A stretch of 64,000 nucleotides of DNA, taken from assembly GCA_951406725.2 (NCBI GenBank), contig OX597816.1, positions 42,594,001 through 42,658,000 of the forward strand, given 5' to 3'. Both the position numbers and the translations under genes were made by a program. The notes below the pieces were generated by a model, which was not told the origin of the DNA, searched no databases, and saw only the letters and a program-made list of their open reading frames with translations. The first letter of the stretch is position 1; every line of letters begins with the position of its first letter. Below, one piece after another: positions 14,337 through 27,823 of the stretch. This DNA is from Octopus vulgaris (lineage: Eukaryota).

Positions 14337-14871
14337 GGAATTTCGTAATGCAACCATAATATACTACAAAAAATATTAAATGTTTTTTATAAGTCAATAT
14401 CGTGTTCAACTGTATTAGTAGTGATATTACATCACTCCTAAGTTTTTCCGTAGAAATTATTAACAGGAATGATATTTTTACGACGTTTCGCATCCGAAAC
14501 GCATGATCTAATCTAACAATGAAATAGATATAGAGATGTAACGTTAATGGATATAGAAATTTTACAACATAAATACATTCCTGGAAGCTGATACGTAAAT
14601 ATTAAGGACTTGCAAGGACACGGTATTCCGTTATGCAACCATAATATACGTCCATTATATTAAACGTTTTTATAGGACAGTACCGTGTTCTACTGTGTTA
14701 GCAGTGTTATTAGATCACTTCGATCTCATTGCTTGTTTACATCATGAGTGTCGGATACGAAACGTCGCAACAAAAGCACTGCTGGCAATATTTTCACTTG
14801 AAACCTTAACAAGTGATGTAATAGCAGTACTAACAGAGTTGAAAGCTATTGGCTAATAAAAAAATTAATAT
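14337..14871. repeat. Degenerate inverted repeat with an internal direct copy; outward-facing CGAAACGTCG motifs
   Basis: ~14373-14525 is the inverse of ~14722-14871. 14337-14436 is directly repeated at ~14622-14720. A related sequence lies on the minus strand at ~34930-34975. Confidence 0.7.
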
Positions 14872-16045
14872 ACATTAGCATGGACTCTGCTAATATGAAA
14901 TGAAATCGGAACTATAATATACGCATTGATAATGGTTATACCAACAGATAAACAGTCAATCATAAAATTACAGAGAAATTTGACACACATTTAAAGGAGA
15001 AAATATAGAATATACGGAAATGAAACTTCGTTCAGTTTACTCTACACATAAAATGACGTTGCATAAATCTTTTAGTGAACCAATATTGCCTTTGAATTGA
15101 TATTGTTTCTTGGTAGACATACAAGTATGTCAATGAAACCAGCTTTGCAATGATTTAGTTTCCATATCAATACACTTCGCAACAGTAAATATATCCTTCT
15201 AAAAGTCTCTAGTTGAATTGCTTCACGAGTTGCTCGTTTAAAATGATAGATTTTCAATTACATTAATTTAGCGGAGTCTACTGAGCTAAAAGAATTTGGT
15301 GGCGCCAGATTTGATGATGACACAGTATACTGATGTGTTTGCTCCTTCGAAATCAAGAGAGCAGAACAAACTCGACTATGTTGTGTTCGTAAAATAGAAT
15401 TGGACAAAGTGCAGTCCATGTGTAAAGTAGGATAAATCTAAAAGTATACTGTCACAGTGCCCTCTGCATGTGCGTATTGACAGACTTAGGTGTTAACACT
15501 TCAAAATTTCTATGATCTTGAAGTGTGAGGAAAAACCAACAAAAGTACTATACAGCTAATTTTCAATAAATGTTTTCCTTTGACACAAGTGAAGGGCAAT
15601 TACACAAATACACACACACACAAATGCGCGCAGGCACACAGACACAAACATATCCATGTCTGTATGTATTATCTAGATTTTTATATATGTATATTTGTGT
15701 ACATAGGCACATGCCGATTTTGCTAACTTATAATATTCAAAATTTCATTGTTCGAACAAGAATAGCTGTCACATTTATCTTTTAAGATTCATTCGATGAA
15801 TTTAGACGTCAATCTAGCTTGCTAGTTCATTTCTTGTTCTAACTAATCGGCTTTTGCATTTCAGCTTTTTTATTCACAGTGCAAACAGTGAGATTAAAAG
15901 GAACTCAATATATTTTTTTATCGACAAGCATCGTGTAAATTTTGAAGCAACATGCGTTAAGCCAAACATGTATTATGTAATATAATATTATGTATGTATA
16001 CTTTAAGAAGAAATATGTATAATATCATATGTGTATGTATTAAGT

Positions 16046-16192
16046 CTACCAATGGTTTCATGTTAAGAAAAACGTCGAAATAATCTTACCAATTTTTCAA
16101 GTCGATCACGTGGGAATGGCGTTTGTCTCCATGTGATCGGTTTGAAAACTTAAAATATTAATATATTATACTTAACATGAAACCTATGGTAG
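16046..16192. repeat. ~150-bp hairpin / MITE-like palindrome
   Basis: Outer arms CTACCAATGGTTTCATGTTAAG / CTTAACATGAAACCTATGGTAG. Inner arms TTTTCAAGTCGATCACGTGG / CCATGTGATCGGTTTGAAAA. Confidence 0.7.
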
Positions 16193-17901
16193 CCTTCAAC
16201 CTATAGTACGTCGATACAGGAAAAATTCATAACCACTTGCGCCAATAAACCACTATTATGTCGCTTCTGTGTTCAAGTCAATTATTCCTGTCAAAATAAG
16301 ATACATTTTGTATTCTACTAAACTGTATTTTGTGACCCATCAATTAATATGTTACTATTTTGGATATTGCTATTCATTTATTGCCCCGTGTGTAGGACTG
16401 TTTTGTCGGTGTTGGGCCTTGTATGTAGTTGTGTGTATATTTGTATATATTCTTGTGTATGTTACTTTGTACAACTATTGAAAGTGAATACACAATTTCA
16501 GAAACTGAATATATCATTTACATATATATGCAATTATTAAACTAGTAATTCGAACTTGTCTTTTCTTTTATTCTAAGTCTATTTAAATTGTATATGTCAC
16601 ATTAGATGAGAATTTAACCAATGAAATATTACAAGAATTTTGTTTTCGTTTTAATTCAAATGATACATGGAACTTGGCTTATATCTGCGCTGTTCTCTTT
16701 CAGATTTATAATGTTTTAAGTGTTTTCTCTTTAAATTCCAACATTTCCGCAAACTCAAAATAAAAAAAAAAACACACACACACACGGCATACAAATGCAC
16801 ACACCTTCATGTTATTATCGTTATTACTGTCAATGATCCATAGTTGAAACATCCCTATTATTTTTCCTTCAATATATACCATAAGCTGTATATAAGAAAA
16901 AATCTATTATTATTTTAAAACATTACTTTCATGTATATTTTCTTTTTCCGATGGTAAATATAGCAATTTTGGACAAAGGGCTCATTTACAAACGTTGGGT
17001 GTTAGCTGACAAAATTTTTTATTGCCAATATTTAAAATGTAAAAGCAATTTTAAGGTAAGCCCTACCACGATGCCATATATCATGAATATCTTCATTTTC
17101 ATCGGTGGTGTTATGCAGCAGGTCCAATAAATATACATGCATTCAAAATGAACGAGGGTGTCATCTGCCAATATCTAGATAATCCAATACAATTTTAGTA
17201 ACGAATCACGTTTTGTTTCACATTTACCTCTGAAATATTTCAATAATTTTCAAAGTATATTTTATTCTTCTGTTTTTCGTTTTATAATGAGTATATACTT
17301 CACACTTTCCTAATTGGTTATACTTTCTATAGCAGTAATGCAAAACGACGGGTATCGTCCTTTTTTTTCTCGTTGAGCTGCTAATGATATATTCATTTTT
17401 GCTGGGATTGCAATTATTTTCATTGCTTTCGTTCTTGATAATATATTTTATGTTGATCAAGTTGTTGTAAAATGCTTTGAGCATTACTAGCTAAAAATAG
17501 AAATTTCCTGTTTAAATTTATGTTTTATATTTATGAATCATTCTTTAACATATCCAGATATACTAATGAGTAACAAGGCAATAAAATATATTTAGCTGTC
17601 GAAAATAATGTCTAAAATAACATTGATTTTTCTTGCAATCTGGAAATCAATTTGCTCTGCTCAATCATAGATTTGTTGCTTAGGTAAGATTATGAGATGT
17701 TAAATTATATGATCGTTTGATAATAATGGTGTTTTAGCAAAGGGAGAAGCACGCCGGCTTATCTAATTTAAAAGGCTATGGTGTGTGTGGTTGTGTGTGA
17801 TATCGTTAAGACGTTTGTGCATGAGCAGCAAACTGGTGGAGAAATATTATCTTATGATTCTAAAGTGTAGAGAGATCGATGAAATAGAAACAATCACTTG
17901 A

Positions 17902-18309
17902 GATCGCCCAAACATTAACACGCCGGGCGAAATGATTAGCGGTATTTCGTCTGCGTTCCGTTGTGAGTTCAAATTCCGCCGAGGTCGACTTTGTCTTTCA
18001 TCCTTTCAGGGTCGATAAATTAAGTATCAGTTACGCACTGGGGTCGATGTAATCGACTTAATACCTATGTCTGTCCTTGTTTGTCCTCTCTGTGTTTAGC
18101 CCCTTGTGGGTAATAAAGAAATAGGTATTTCGTCTCCCATTACGTTCTGAGTTCAAATTCCGCCGAGGTAGACTTTGCCTTTCATCCTCTCAGGGTCGAT
18201 AAATTAAGTACCAGTTACGCACTGAAGTCGATGTAATCGACTTAATCCGTCTGTCTGTCCTTGTTTCGTCCCTCTATATTTAGCCCTTTGTGGGCAATAA
18301 AGAAATAAA
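17902..18309 (+). mobile_element. Head-to-tail dimeric family-B SINE with target-site duplication
   Basis: Two tandem units, each ending AATAAAGAAATA, flanked by AAACAATCACTTGA at ~17888-17901 and ~18310-18323. Confidence 0.85.
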
Positions 18310-19102
18310 AAACAATCACTTGAACGTTTTCAATTTTAACTCCAACAACAGATATAAAATTATTTTCATTTTATAAAGGCTGCTGACTCTGAACACTAAA
18401 TGGAACGGTTCAAGACCACTGGAAATTTTATTTTCATTTAATACATCTATGGCTGGTCATATATACAAGTTAGATTAACTGAAAGAAGATTTACAGGATA
18501 AGAAAAGGGTCCTCAAATTTGGTACGCATGCTATACTCTGATGATGTCTAATACTTTTTCAATTTTGGTTATCGTTTCGTAGAATTTATACTCGAAGTTT
18601 AATTACCGTGTCGAACGACTAGGATTCGACAACTGTATAGCTGTTTCGCTGGCGCTGATACTCAGCCGCAGAAAATTACGATAATGCTAAGAAGATATTT
18701 TTGAAAATGTGCTCAATAGTGTTATAAATCGCTACTTAAACAAATTTTTCTTTCATAAAGCAGTCACTAAAGGACAAAAAGTATTTCGTTTGATTTTGTT
18801 TTGATATTAATTTATTTAAAGATTACATTAGCAACTTCAAATATATTTGTATACTGGAACAAATATTGATTATTTGAATTGAGTATATTCTTGTTTATTT
18901 AATGCATTTATGATAATAGCGAATATTACATTACACTGTTATATCATTGTTTAATGGAAATATAGTAGAAGCTGATTTGCTGTAGAACTCTCCAGCATAA
19001 TTTATGCAATTTTCTTGAATAGAACTTTCTATTCTCAGAGCTCCAAGTAAGATTATGAATGATATATCCGAATTGTAGCGTCGAAATTATTGTTAGGAAA
19101 GG

Positions 19103-19178
<76 letters not shown>

Positions 19179-20172
19179 TTTGTGTGTGTGTGTGTGTGTG
19201 TGTGTGTAATTTGCACAAGTCATGCGTTGATACAGAAAATTATTAAGGAAAGAATGTCATATAAATAATTGATGAGAAATACTGCGTTTAATAAATATTA
19301 AACAATTCAAAATGTATGCAGTGTTACTTTCCATTAAGAAGGTTATGAAAAACGTTTACACCGAATTATATCTGGAGTGACTAAAAAGAGGAAACAATTA
19401 TCCTGTTTCATAGAAACCTGTACATGTATAAAACTGTGAATAATTTTAGTGTAAAATATATTTTAAATCTAGGCAGATTCAGTCTGTTACTGTAATTCAA
19501 ATTAAATAAAATGGCGCCGCTAAATGATCCTTGGATATTTACAAATAGTGAGCGATCACTGGTGCGAATGCATTGTGGGATACGACTGACTAATACTGCA
19601 TCTCTCAACGAGAAGTTGGACTACGTCACGCGATATGCGTCACGCAATACACATCATCAGGCAGGATCTGTGTAGATTTTATCTAATGAACAATATGAAA
19701 AATTTTATAGTTCAAAGAATTATCTGGCAAAATAATCTAAAGTAATTTAATTCTATAGAATATTTATTTGATCAAATTAAAGCAAATTACCAAGCCACAT
19801 CCAACATGTAATAATACAATGCTCTTTATTGTTAAGATTAAAATATTTTAAAATTTAATATAGCTACATAAAAAATAAAATTATGAATTATCTTATTATC
19901 TTACTGAAAGCAACGATATTCTTGATTTTAAATTTCCATCACTTTATAGTCATTAATAATGCTATTCTGTCTTCTAGCATCGAATTTATAGAAACAATAG
20001 CCAAATTTAAATGGTTAACAACTTTAATTCCAAACCACGTTTCATCGTGTTTTGGTTACACTACGAATCAATTTAGGCTGGTGCTTTCTTATATATATGA
20101 AATGTTGATTTGTGCTTAATCTGTGAAACTCTCGTGAAGTCCATGAGACACACCGTACACACACACGCACAC

Positions 20173-20249
<77 letters not shown>

Positions 20250-21708
20250 ATTGAATGAATCGAAGAATAGATTCATGCTCGGCTACAGAAGTAATCAAAC
20301 AGGCTTTTGCAGCGGAACATATTGTCTCACAACATTTTCATACTGAAATGTCATTGCTACTTCGTAATCGTTTGGGAGATAAAAGGAGAACATAGTAAAA
20401 ATATTGGAATGGAAGGAAAAGAAAAACTTTATGGATATGAGAAGAAATATTAAGTTTATTTAACCCTAGTTGATGAAGAATATTCTTAATGTTGAATGCT
20501 AATATAACTTGTGTGGGTAGTGGAATGCTGGAAATTCTAAAGTGCGTTAACCTATGTTTCTAATGCGGTGAGAACACCGCCTACCGGTCCTTTTGCAGGA
20601 ACATATCAAGATTGTCTCGTCTTTAGAAGGTCACTGCAGACCTTCAATCTATGAAGGATACGTACTGTTCCCCTTTTTATTTGTTTATGTATGGTGCAGA
20701 ACTCTCCATGTTATTCCAGTGACGGTTTTGGATATATTTGACTTAATAAATTCATAGAAATAAAAACTTAGCGATTTTCCTTTTATTTACATGCTTGAAA
20801 AACAACTGGTGGTTCTGGTGTTCCTTTCAAGAGCTTCACGCAGTTCAGTATAATTATTCTCTTCCAGGTTGTTTGTGAAAATAGAGTTCACCTCGTCTGC
20901 ATATACCACTGATTTAACTGTGCATGCCTGGTCTAAGTATCTAGATTCTTTAGTTGTAGTTTGGAGTGGGCGTCATTGGTGGCTTGCGTGAAATCATGTG
21001 TTACATATTAGGCAAGTATTTTCCCGAAACGTCTGTTTACATTTTTCCTATATTTATGTTTATTGGGGCGGTAATATTATATGGCAGGACCTTTGGACAG
21101 AAAATAGTTTTTTAAACTTGACGATCAATTACAATATGGAATAACAGAAAACAACTGAGAGCACATGAACTGTGTTACCTTTTAAATATGATTCCAAACT
21201 CCCTTTGAGAAATCTTTTAATTGCTTACACCAATTATTCGAAGCATACAATGTAGAGGAATGTATGCATTTTATATTGTAAACTTTTTAAAGTGTATCTG
21301 CAGAGAAAGTATGGAGATTTACCTAAATAAAACGCAGAAATTCCCTCTTATTTTACAGACTGAGATATGAACCTACATTTGACATCGATGCAGTAAAACA
21401 ATAAGCGAGTATGAAATATAGATCACACTTGCTTAGGAAGGAATTTGCACATTCACAAAAATGTGAATTTATTGACAAATAAATATTTGTGTGAGTATGT
21501 ATACGGGAGGATATGAGAGAAAGAGAGTGAATGAAATGTACGAGTAGGAATTGTATGCTTCTAACTGTGAGCAAGCGTAAGAATAAATATATTTTTCATT
21601 CGGTTTAATTTCCTGAAGATCAAAGCCATGTAATATATATGTTTGTGTATGTTTCGTTGAAGTGAATTTGCTCACGCTTACGGAAATTTATATACATCCA
21701 CATGTCTG

Positions 21709-21740
<32 letters not shown>

Positions 21741-22157
21741 CGTGCGTGTGTTTTTGTGTCTGTGCGTATAAGTATACGCGTATATATGTACGCATGAACG
21801 TAGATATATACCTATTTAAATATGGAATTTAAAATATCGCATCCACTCATGTACATGGTAATATACTGATTTCTCCTTTTTTTTCTTCTTTTTCGCCAAT
21901 ACACTTCAAAGAATACAATATTTAATATTTCTAAAAATGCTTTCCTCTGCGTTATAACTCTTCTCAGATTGATATTTATTTCACTGAAACTAAATTTTTC
22001 AAAAGTTACGTTGCAATTTTTTTTTTTACATTTTTAACCTTCTTAATATACATAAAATTCTTTTTGATGTTGAGTTACATTAATACCCTGTTTCAAATTT
22101 ACATCTGTTTGTTTTATAATTTTCGTTATATTTATGTGCAAACTATTATTGTTATCA

Positions 22158-22210
<53 letters not shown>

Positions 22211-22392
22211 GTGTTGTTATTTTTATCATAAATATTACTTTCCTTCTGTTTGTTGTTGTTCTGTTTGTTATAAGTATTAGGATTATGTGATATGTATACA
22301 GCTCACAAATTACATTTTCATGCCCTTTCACCACAATGGCATTCTTTACTTCTTTAGATGTATATATGTGTATATATATATGTATGTATATG

Positions 22393-22440
<48 letters not shown>

Positions 22441-22470
22441 CTACACATTAGTACATAATTATACATGTAC

Positions 22471-22502
<32 letters not shown>

Positions 22503-23037
22503 GCATGCACATATACATACATACATCCATGCATACATACATATATACATACATCCCTAGTATACATTTTCCAACCGTCTCTGAAATCTTCAAAATTCCT
22601 ACTGATACATATTTTATATACTTGGATTACAATGAAGCTATTCCAAGGGGCTTATGATACCTAAAATATATAATACTATGGAAATTACGATTCTGTTGGC
22701 ACATATTAATATTTTTGTCATTTTTGGCATCACATTTTACATGACACATGTCAATATAATATCTGAAATATATATTCTCATGCAAAAAATGAAATAATTT
22801 TTATTGAAACATAAGTGGCTTTACAGATTGTCATGTATAGAGACATTTTTCTTTATTACTCAAATTTGTAATGATGGGTGCCCCATATTCTTTTTCACAG
22901 GTAATGTATTAACAATGGAATAAATCTCGATTTATTGTATATGATTTACACCACACTACGAAATGTTTCGTGGTTGAAAGTTTACCCCCCACTGTCGAGA
23001 GGATGGACCCATATCCATATATGGCGTTATACTGTTT

Positions 23038-23250
23038 TATTTCAAGATTTTTTACCAATAGAGAAAGAGTCAATGTCTAACCTAGATTCAACCCTCCTTC
23101 ATTGAAATTTCAATAACAGAACATGATATTTTTGTAAGTATGTCATTATTCAGTATATTTCAAGATTTCATGACAATAGAAAAAAACCGGTTTCTAACCT
23201 AGTTCAAAGGCTCCTTCATTGTAAATTCAACATCAACAACAGGGTATTTT
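23038..23250 (+). repeat. Diverged ~120-bp direct repeat (2 copies)
   Basis: ATTTCAAGATTT...CAATAGA...TCTAACCTAG...CTCCTTCATTG.AA.TTCAA occurs twice. Confidence 0.75.
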
Positions 23251-23272
23251 TGCTTGTATGTATGTATGCATG

Positions 23273-23303
<31 letters not shown>

Positions 23304-24309
23304 GTAGGTAGGTAGGTAGGTAGGTAGGTATATGTGTGTACGTTTGTATGTTTTAGGAATGTATACCCACGCATATAGTTGCATATCTAAGAATGCGCAT
23401 ATATATTTTAACGATAAACTTTTGGTAAGTAAGTTTTACAGATTTTTACAGTTCCAGTGATGGATTCGATCCGCAGTCTTCGAATTAGCTTTCTCAGTTT
23501 TGGTTTTGAGAAGCCTAATTACTCAATATTGGTATTTCGGCATTGTGTTACTTATCACAAGAACCAAATAATTAGTTATAAACCTGAACTTGTAATATGG
23601 ACAGAGTAGCTGCCGATTTGCCAATAGTTTAGCGTAGGTATTTTCTTTTCCACTGACTTCCAGCTGTTTGTTAACATCCGATAGGTAGCTGATTTCCACA
23701 ATTGTGCTTAGTTTCTCTTCTCTCTCCCTAATCATTATATCAGGTCAGTTGTGCTTACATTTTATCGATCTCTTCACTGGAACATTCCACCAATATTCCT
23801 TTTATTTATGAGTGTCTATGGCTTCTAAAATATTGTGGGTTCTCATTACTCTGTCGTCGGGATTGTCCTTCCGACGGACGTATTTATGTGTACCTGCAGA
23901 TTTATATGTTTTATTTTATGTATGTTGTCTCATGCGTATATTTGTATATCTAGATACATGCTCATATATGCTTAATGGATAAATCTTTGGAAAGTTTTAC
24001 AGAATTTTAGATTTCCAGTGATGACTTATATCTGTAGTCTTCGCATCAGCATTCTCCTTTCTCTATGTATGCATGTATGTGTGTAGATGGGTCTGTGCGT
24101 ATGTATGTATGTACGCCGATCAAGCATGTTCTCTGCCAATATGCACTTGACGTCATCCATGGTATTAATACAATTATCTCTGGATCTTCATCGGGAATTA
24201 CTCTGCGTACGTTCATTATATAGCAAATGACAGAAAATGTTATATCCGAAAATTGGATAGAAAGCGGACGTAAAATATAATATACAGGAAATGGAATATA
24301 CGTGAATCT

Positions 24310-24409
24310 TTATTCACCATAACGATAATTTCGACGCATCATGTTCTACAGCATCCCATTCACGCTGGATCGATTCAGGATACGTCGAAACGATCGTTGT
24401 GAGCAATAA
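24310..24409. repeat. Short palindrome with outward-facing GAAA/stem-III-like halves (decayed Penelope-type pLTR ends)
   Basis: TTATTCACCATAACGATAATTTCGACGCATC vs GATACGTCGAAACGATCGTTGTGAGCAATAA. The right arm has GAAA-CGATCG-TT. Confidence 0.6.
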
Positions 24410-24428
24410 TTTTTCTCATATATATATG

Positions 24429-24470
<42 letters not shown>

Positions 24471-24472
<2 letters not shown>

Positions 24473-25316
24473 CGTGTTCTGATCAATATGTTTCTGGACT
24501 GTTGCCATAGTCACGAACTTAAGGCACGCAGAGTAAAGCACGGACAGTAAAGCCGACTTTGAACCCTGCTTTGCATGCGCATTAAGTTTTAATGTTCTAG
24601 CTCACGCTGTTTACAACATTGATTAGAAGGAATGCGTATAGCGTGTAATCGTCGCATTAAAATTAAGAGAGATGAAGCAGAGTCTGTATCAAACTTTTCC
24701 AAAAGCTTAGTTAATTCTGCTCAGAGGATTACGCAAATTTTCAAAAAGTCACCGACGCAAAGAGAACTTGTGCAACCGAACCCCGATTGTCCTTTTGGTC
24801 AATTGAAAGTAGTTTTGGCACAAAATTGGCAGACACGCATCTTACATGCAGATCTTCTGTGATAATGGACTGAACTGGACCACAACTAATCTGCACATCC
24901 TCTGATAGACAGATTGTGCTTCCACGATTTGCCCCAACATCTGCGATCTTTTTTTCAGTGCTGCTGGTTGCGGGTCTCCCAGAACGTTCGTCAATATCGA
25001 TATTTTTCGGCCTCCTTGGAAACGTCTGAAACACTAGTACTCTTGTGGGGAGCTAATATATTCCTCTCGATACACTTTCTGCAACTTTGCGCAGGCCTCT
25101 AAGCAGGTGTGACTTCCACTCTCATCGTCAATACCACGATCTCAAGCTACACATCATCCTTCCTAGGACTGCTGTAAACAGCGTAATGAGCTACAACTTT
25201 AAAATGTAGTTCGCTTGTACTACAATGTTCAAGTTCTATCACTGCCAAGCGGCTTCACTCTGCGTGCTCTAGCTTCGGTACTGTGCAACAGTCCGCATAT
25301 TTACTAATCGTATGTA
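24471..25316. mobile_element. Mariner derivative built from two inverted 5' ends
   Basis: Minus ORF 24741-25034 (DERSGRPATS...VSANFVPKLLS.DQK) is the mariner N-terminal HTH/WVPHEL-equivalent region. The long terminal inverted sequences share GGACTGTTGC...GCACGCAGAGT.AAGC and are TA-flanked. Confidence 0.8.
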
Positions 25317-25325
25317 TGTTTATAC

Positions 25326-25386
<61 letters not shown>

Positions 25387-25399
25387 CATACATACTTAC

Positions 25400-25445
<46 letters not shown>

Positions 25446-25680
25446 ATGTATATAGGCATACATATGTGCGTGTATGTACTTATATGTGTATATTTGTATG
25501 TTTGCATATACGACAGGAGGTGCTGAAAAGTTTCTGACTTCAGGTAACAAAAAGTACAGGAGGATCAGTAAATTATTATTTCATTCAACATATTCCATTT
25601 TTCTCCAACTCCTCTAAACGAACTTGGAAGTATGGGTCTCCACCCACGCCTTTCGTGTACACACAGAGACATACACTTCA

Positions 25681-25736
<56 letters not shown>

Positions 25737-27385
25737 CTTGATGTATTCACTGTTATTTTTGTCACATTTGTTCCACCAATATTTCGTAGGAGCGCTCGTT
25801 TCAGTCTTCCCTTTTCTTCATAATTCTCGTTTTATGTCTTAGCAAGTATTTTAATGGTCCTCTTAAGATGTTCGCACACGCTGGTCTTTCATGACAGCTG
25901 AAAAAACTTATTTCGACATTCACATTCGTACTGCGATAAAAGATTTTAGGGTTTATATTCCCTATTTCATTTTCGTACAGATATTATATTTTATTCTCTT
26001 TTATTTATGACTTTCTTCCTATTTTTTATGGGCAAAACGATGAATCAGCCATCATCATCTGTATATGCAGAATATGTGCTTCTTTGAATGACTACACGTT
26101 TAATAAATGAGTAAATAGATTATAGTTATATAATCTATTCTAACGTTTCATTTATAATTAAACCCTCTTAGTGAACGAAGGTTGTTACTATAAACTCGTA
26201 TGTGTTTTTCTGTTTAACAATATAGGACCAAACTGCGCCGGCTATTTACAAGGTTCGGTTTAATCTCCTCTGCAGGGTCTGTGGTAATTTATAATCTGAG
26301 TTCAATTAAAGTTTTGTAAGTGAAATTTGGATGTATTACAGTGTTTTGCGGTGCAGTAGCAGAATACGTTCCTGAATTAGTAGAGAAATTCGCTGAATTG
26401 GCCGAGGAATTTGCTCACAGTTCAGAAATACAAGAGAGGTTTCAAAGTCATTAGTGCTTGGGTTATAAAAATCAGGTTATGGCATATTTCAATTTCGAAT
26501 TGCAAAGGTCAGATTTCTCTTTCAAATTATAAACAGAATCTAAAGTGTCATCTAGTACGGTGGTTAAGTGGAATTATTAGCTTGGTATTTGATCTTATTT
26601 GCAGTGTGCGACCTATCCTCGAGCCCAGTTCGTTTTTTATCATTTTTAAAGTCAAATGACTTATTTTCAATTGAATTCACAAAGTTAAATTAACTTCAGT
26701 TTGTAGATTGTTATGCATTGGAAAATTTTGACAATATCATGTGTGTGCGAGTGTATTTGATTTTATGAGTATATATGAGTATATAAATAATTACAGACAT
26801 AATGATAATAAAACTATTAAACTATCAATACGATTGACAAGATAAAAATTATTGGGGTATTTGTTTCATGCTGAAACATATAACACTATGAAAATTTTTT
26901 TCAGATCTCATGCATAGACTTTTAACCGGAAAGATAAAATCATAGGAAAGCTGAGCAAAGGATGAAAACAAGAATAGCAACACTCGATTGTAAACAAGAG
27001 AAAACTCCATCCATGTCTCACAGTCATCACATTCATAGAATCAGTATATTGATTATAAGAATAATTTGTTCCGTTTCTTTTAATGCTATTAGCATTTCCC
27101 AGTAAAAAATCTAACACAATATAACTTCTGTTAGTTCTTTTGAGGTCGATGAAATACATAGAAACAAAATTTACAGGATCCATATATTTGAATAATTTCT
27201 TTATTTATCTTGAGATTGACCATTATCTAATCATGGAGACCCACATACAATACAATGTGAGGTTGTAAAGCACTCTTGGTATTGAATTGAGAAACAGTTT
27301 ATTAGAAGTGGAATGTTTTAATAACAGTTGTTAGAATAATAGCAAGCATAGACATAGGTAATTTTCAAATATATCTCTATACGAT

Positions 27386-27551
27386 AGGCGCAGGAGTGGC
27401 TGTGTGGTAGGTAGCTTGTTTACCAACCACATGGTTACGGGTTCAGTCCCACTGCGTGGCACCTTGGGCAAGTGTCTTCTACTATAGCCTCGGGCCGACT
27501 AAAGCCTTGTGAGTGGATTTGGTAGAAGGAAATTGAAAGAAGACCGTCGTA

Positions 27552-27606
<55 letters not shown>

Positions 27607-27823
27607 TTGTGTCTGTGTTTGTCCCCCTAGCAGTGCTTGACAACCGATGCTGGTGTGTTTATGTCCCCGTCACTTAGCGGTTCGGCAAAAAAACTGATAG
27701 AATATGTACTGGGCTTACAAAGAATAAGTCCCGGGGTCGAGTTGCTCGATTAAAGGCGGTGCTCCAGCATGGCCGCAGTCAAATGACTGAGACAAGTAAA
27801 AGAGTAAGAGTAAAGAGTAAAGA
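27386..27823 (+). mobile_element. Full-length tRNA-derived CORE-like SINE (family A) with internal microsatellite and LINE-derived tail
   Basis: tRNA-like head with B-box-like GGTTCAGTCCC, CORE-like GGCACCTTGGGCAAGT, and tail GGCGGTGCTCCAGCATGGCCGCAGTCAAATGACTG + (AAGAGT)n. Confidence 0.9.

Noticed and set aside
18630-18670. Minus-strand CTGAGTA...GAAACAGCTATA
   Set aside because: There is no stem II and the core is broken.
27386-27460. tRNA genes at SINE heads (also 39753)
   Set aside because: They are tRNA-like promoter regions continuous with SINE bodies, with no complete cloverleaf or terminator.
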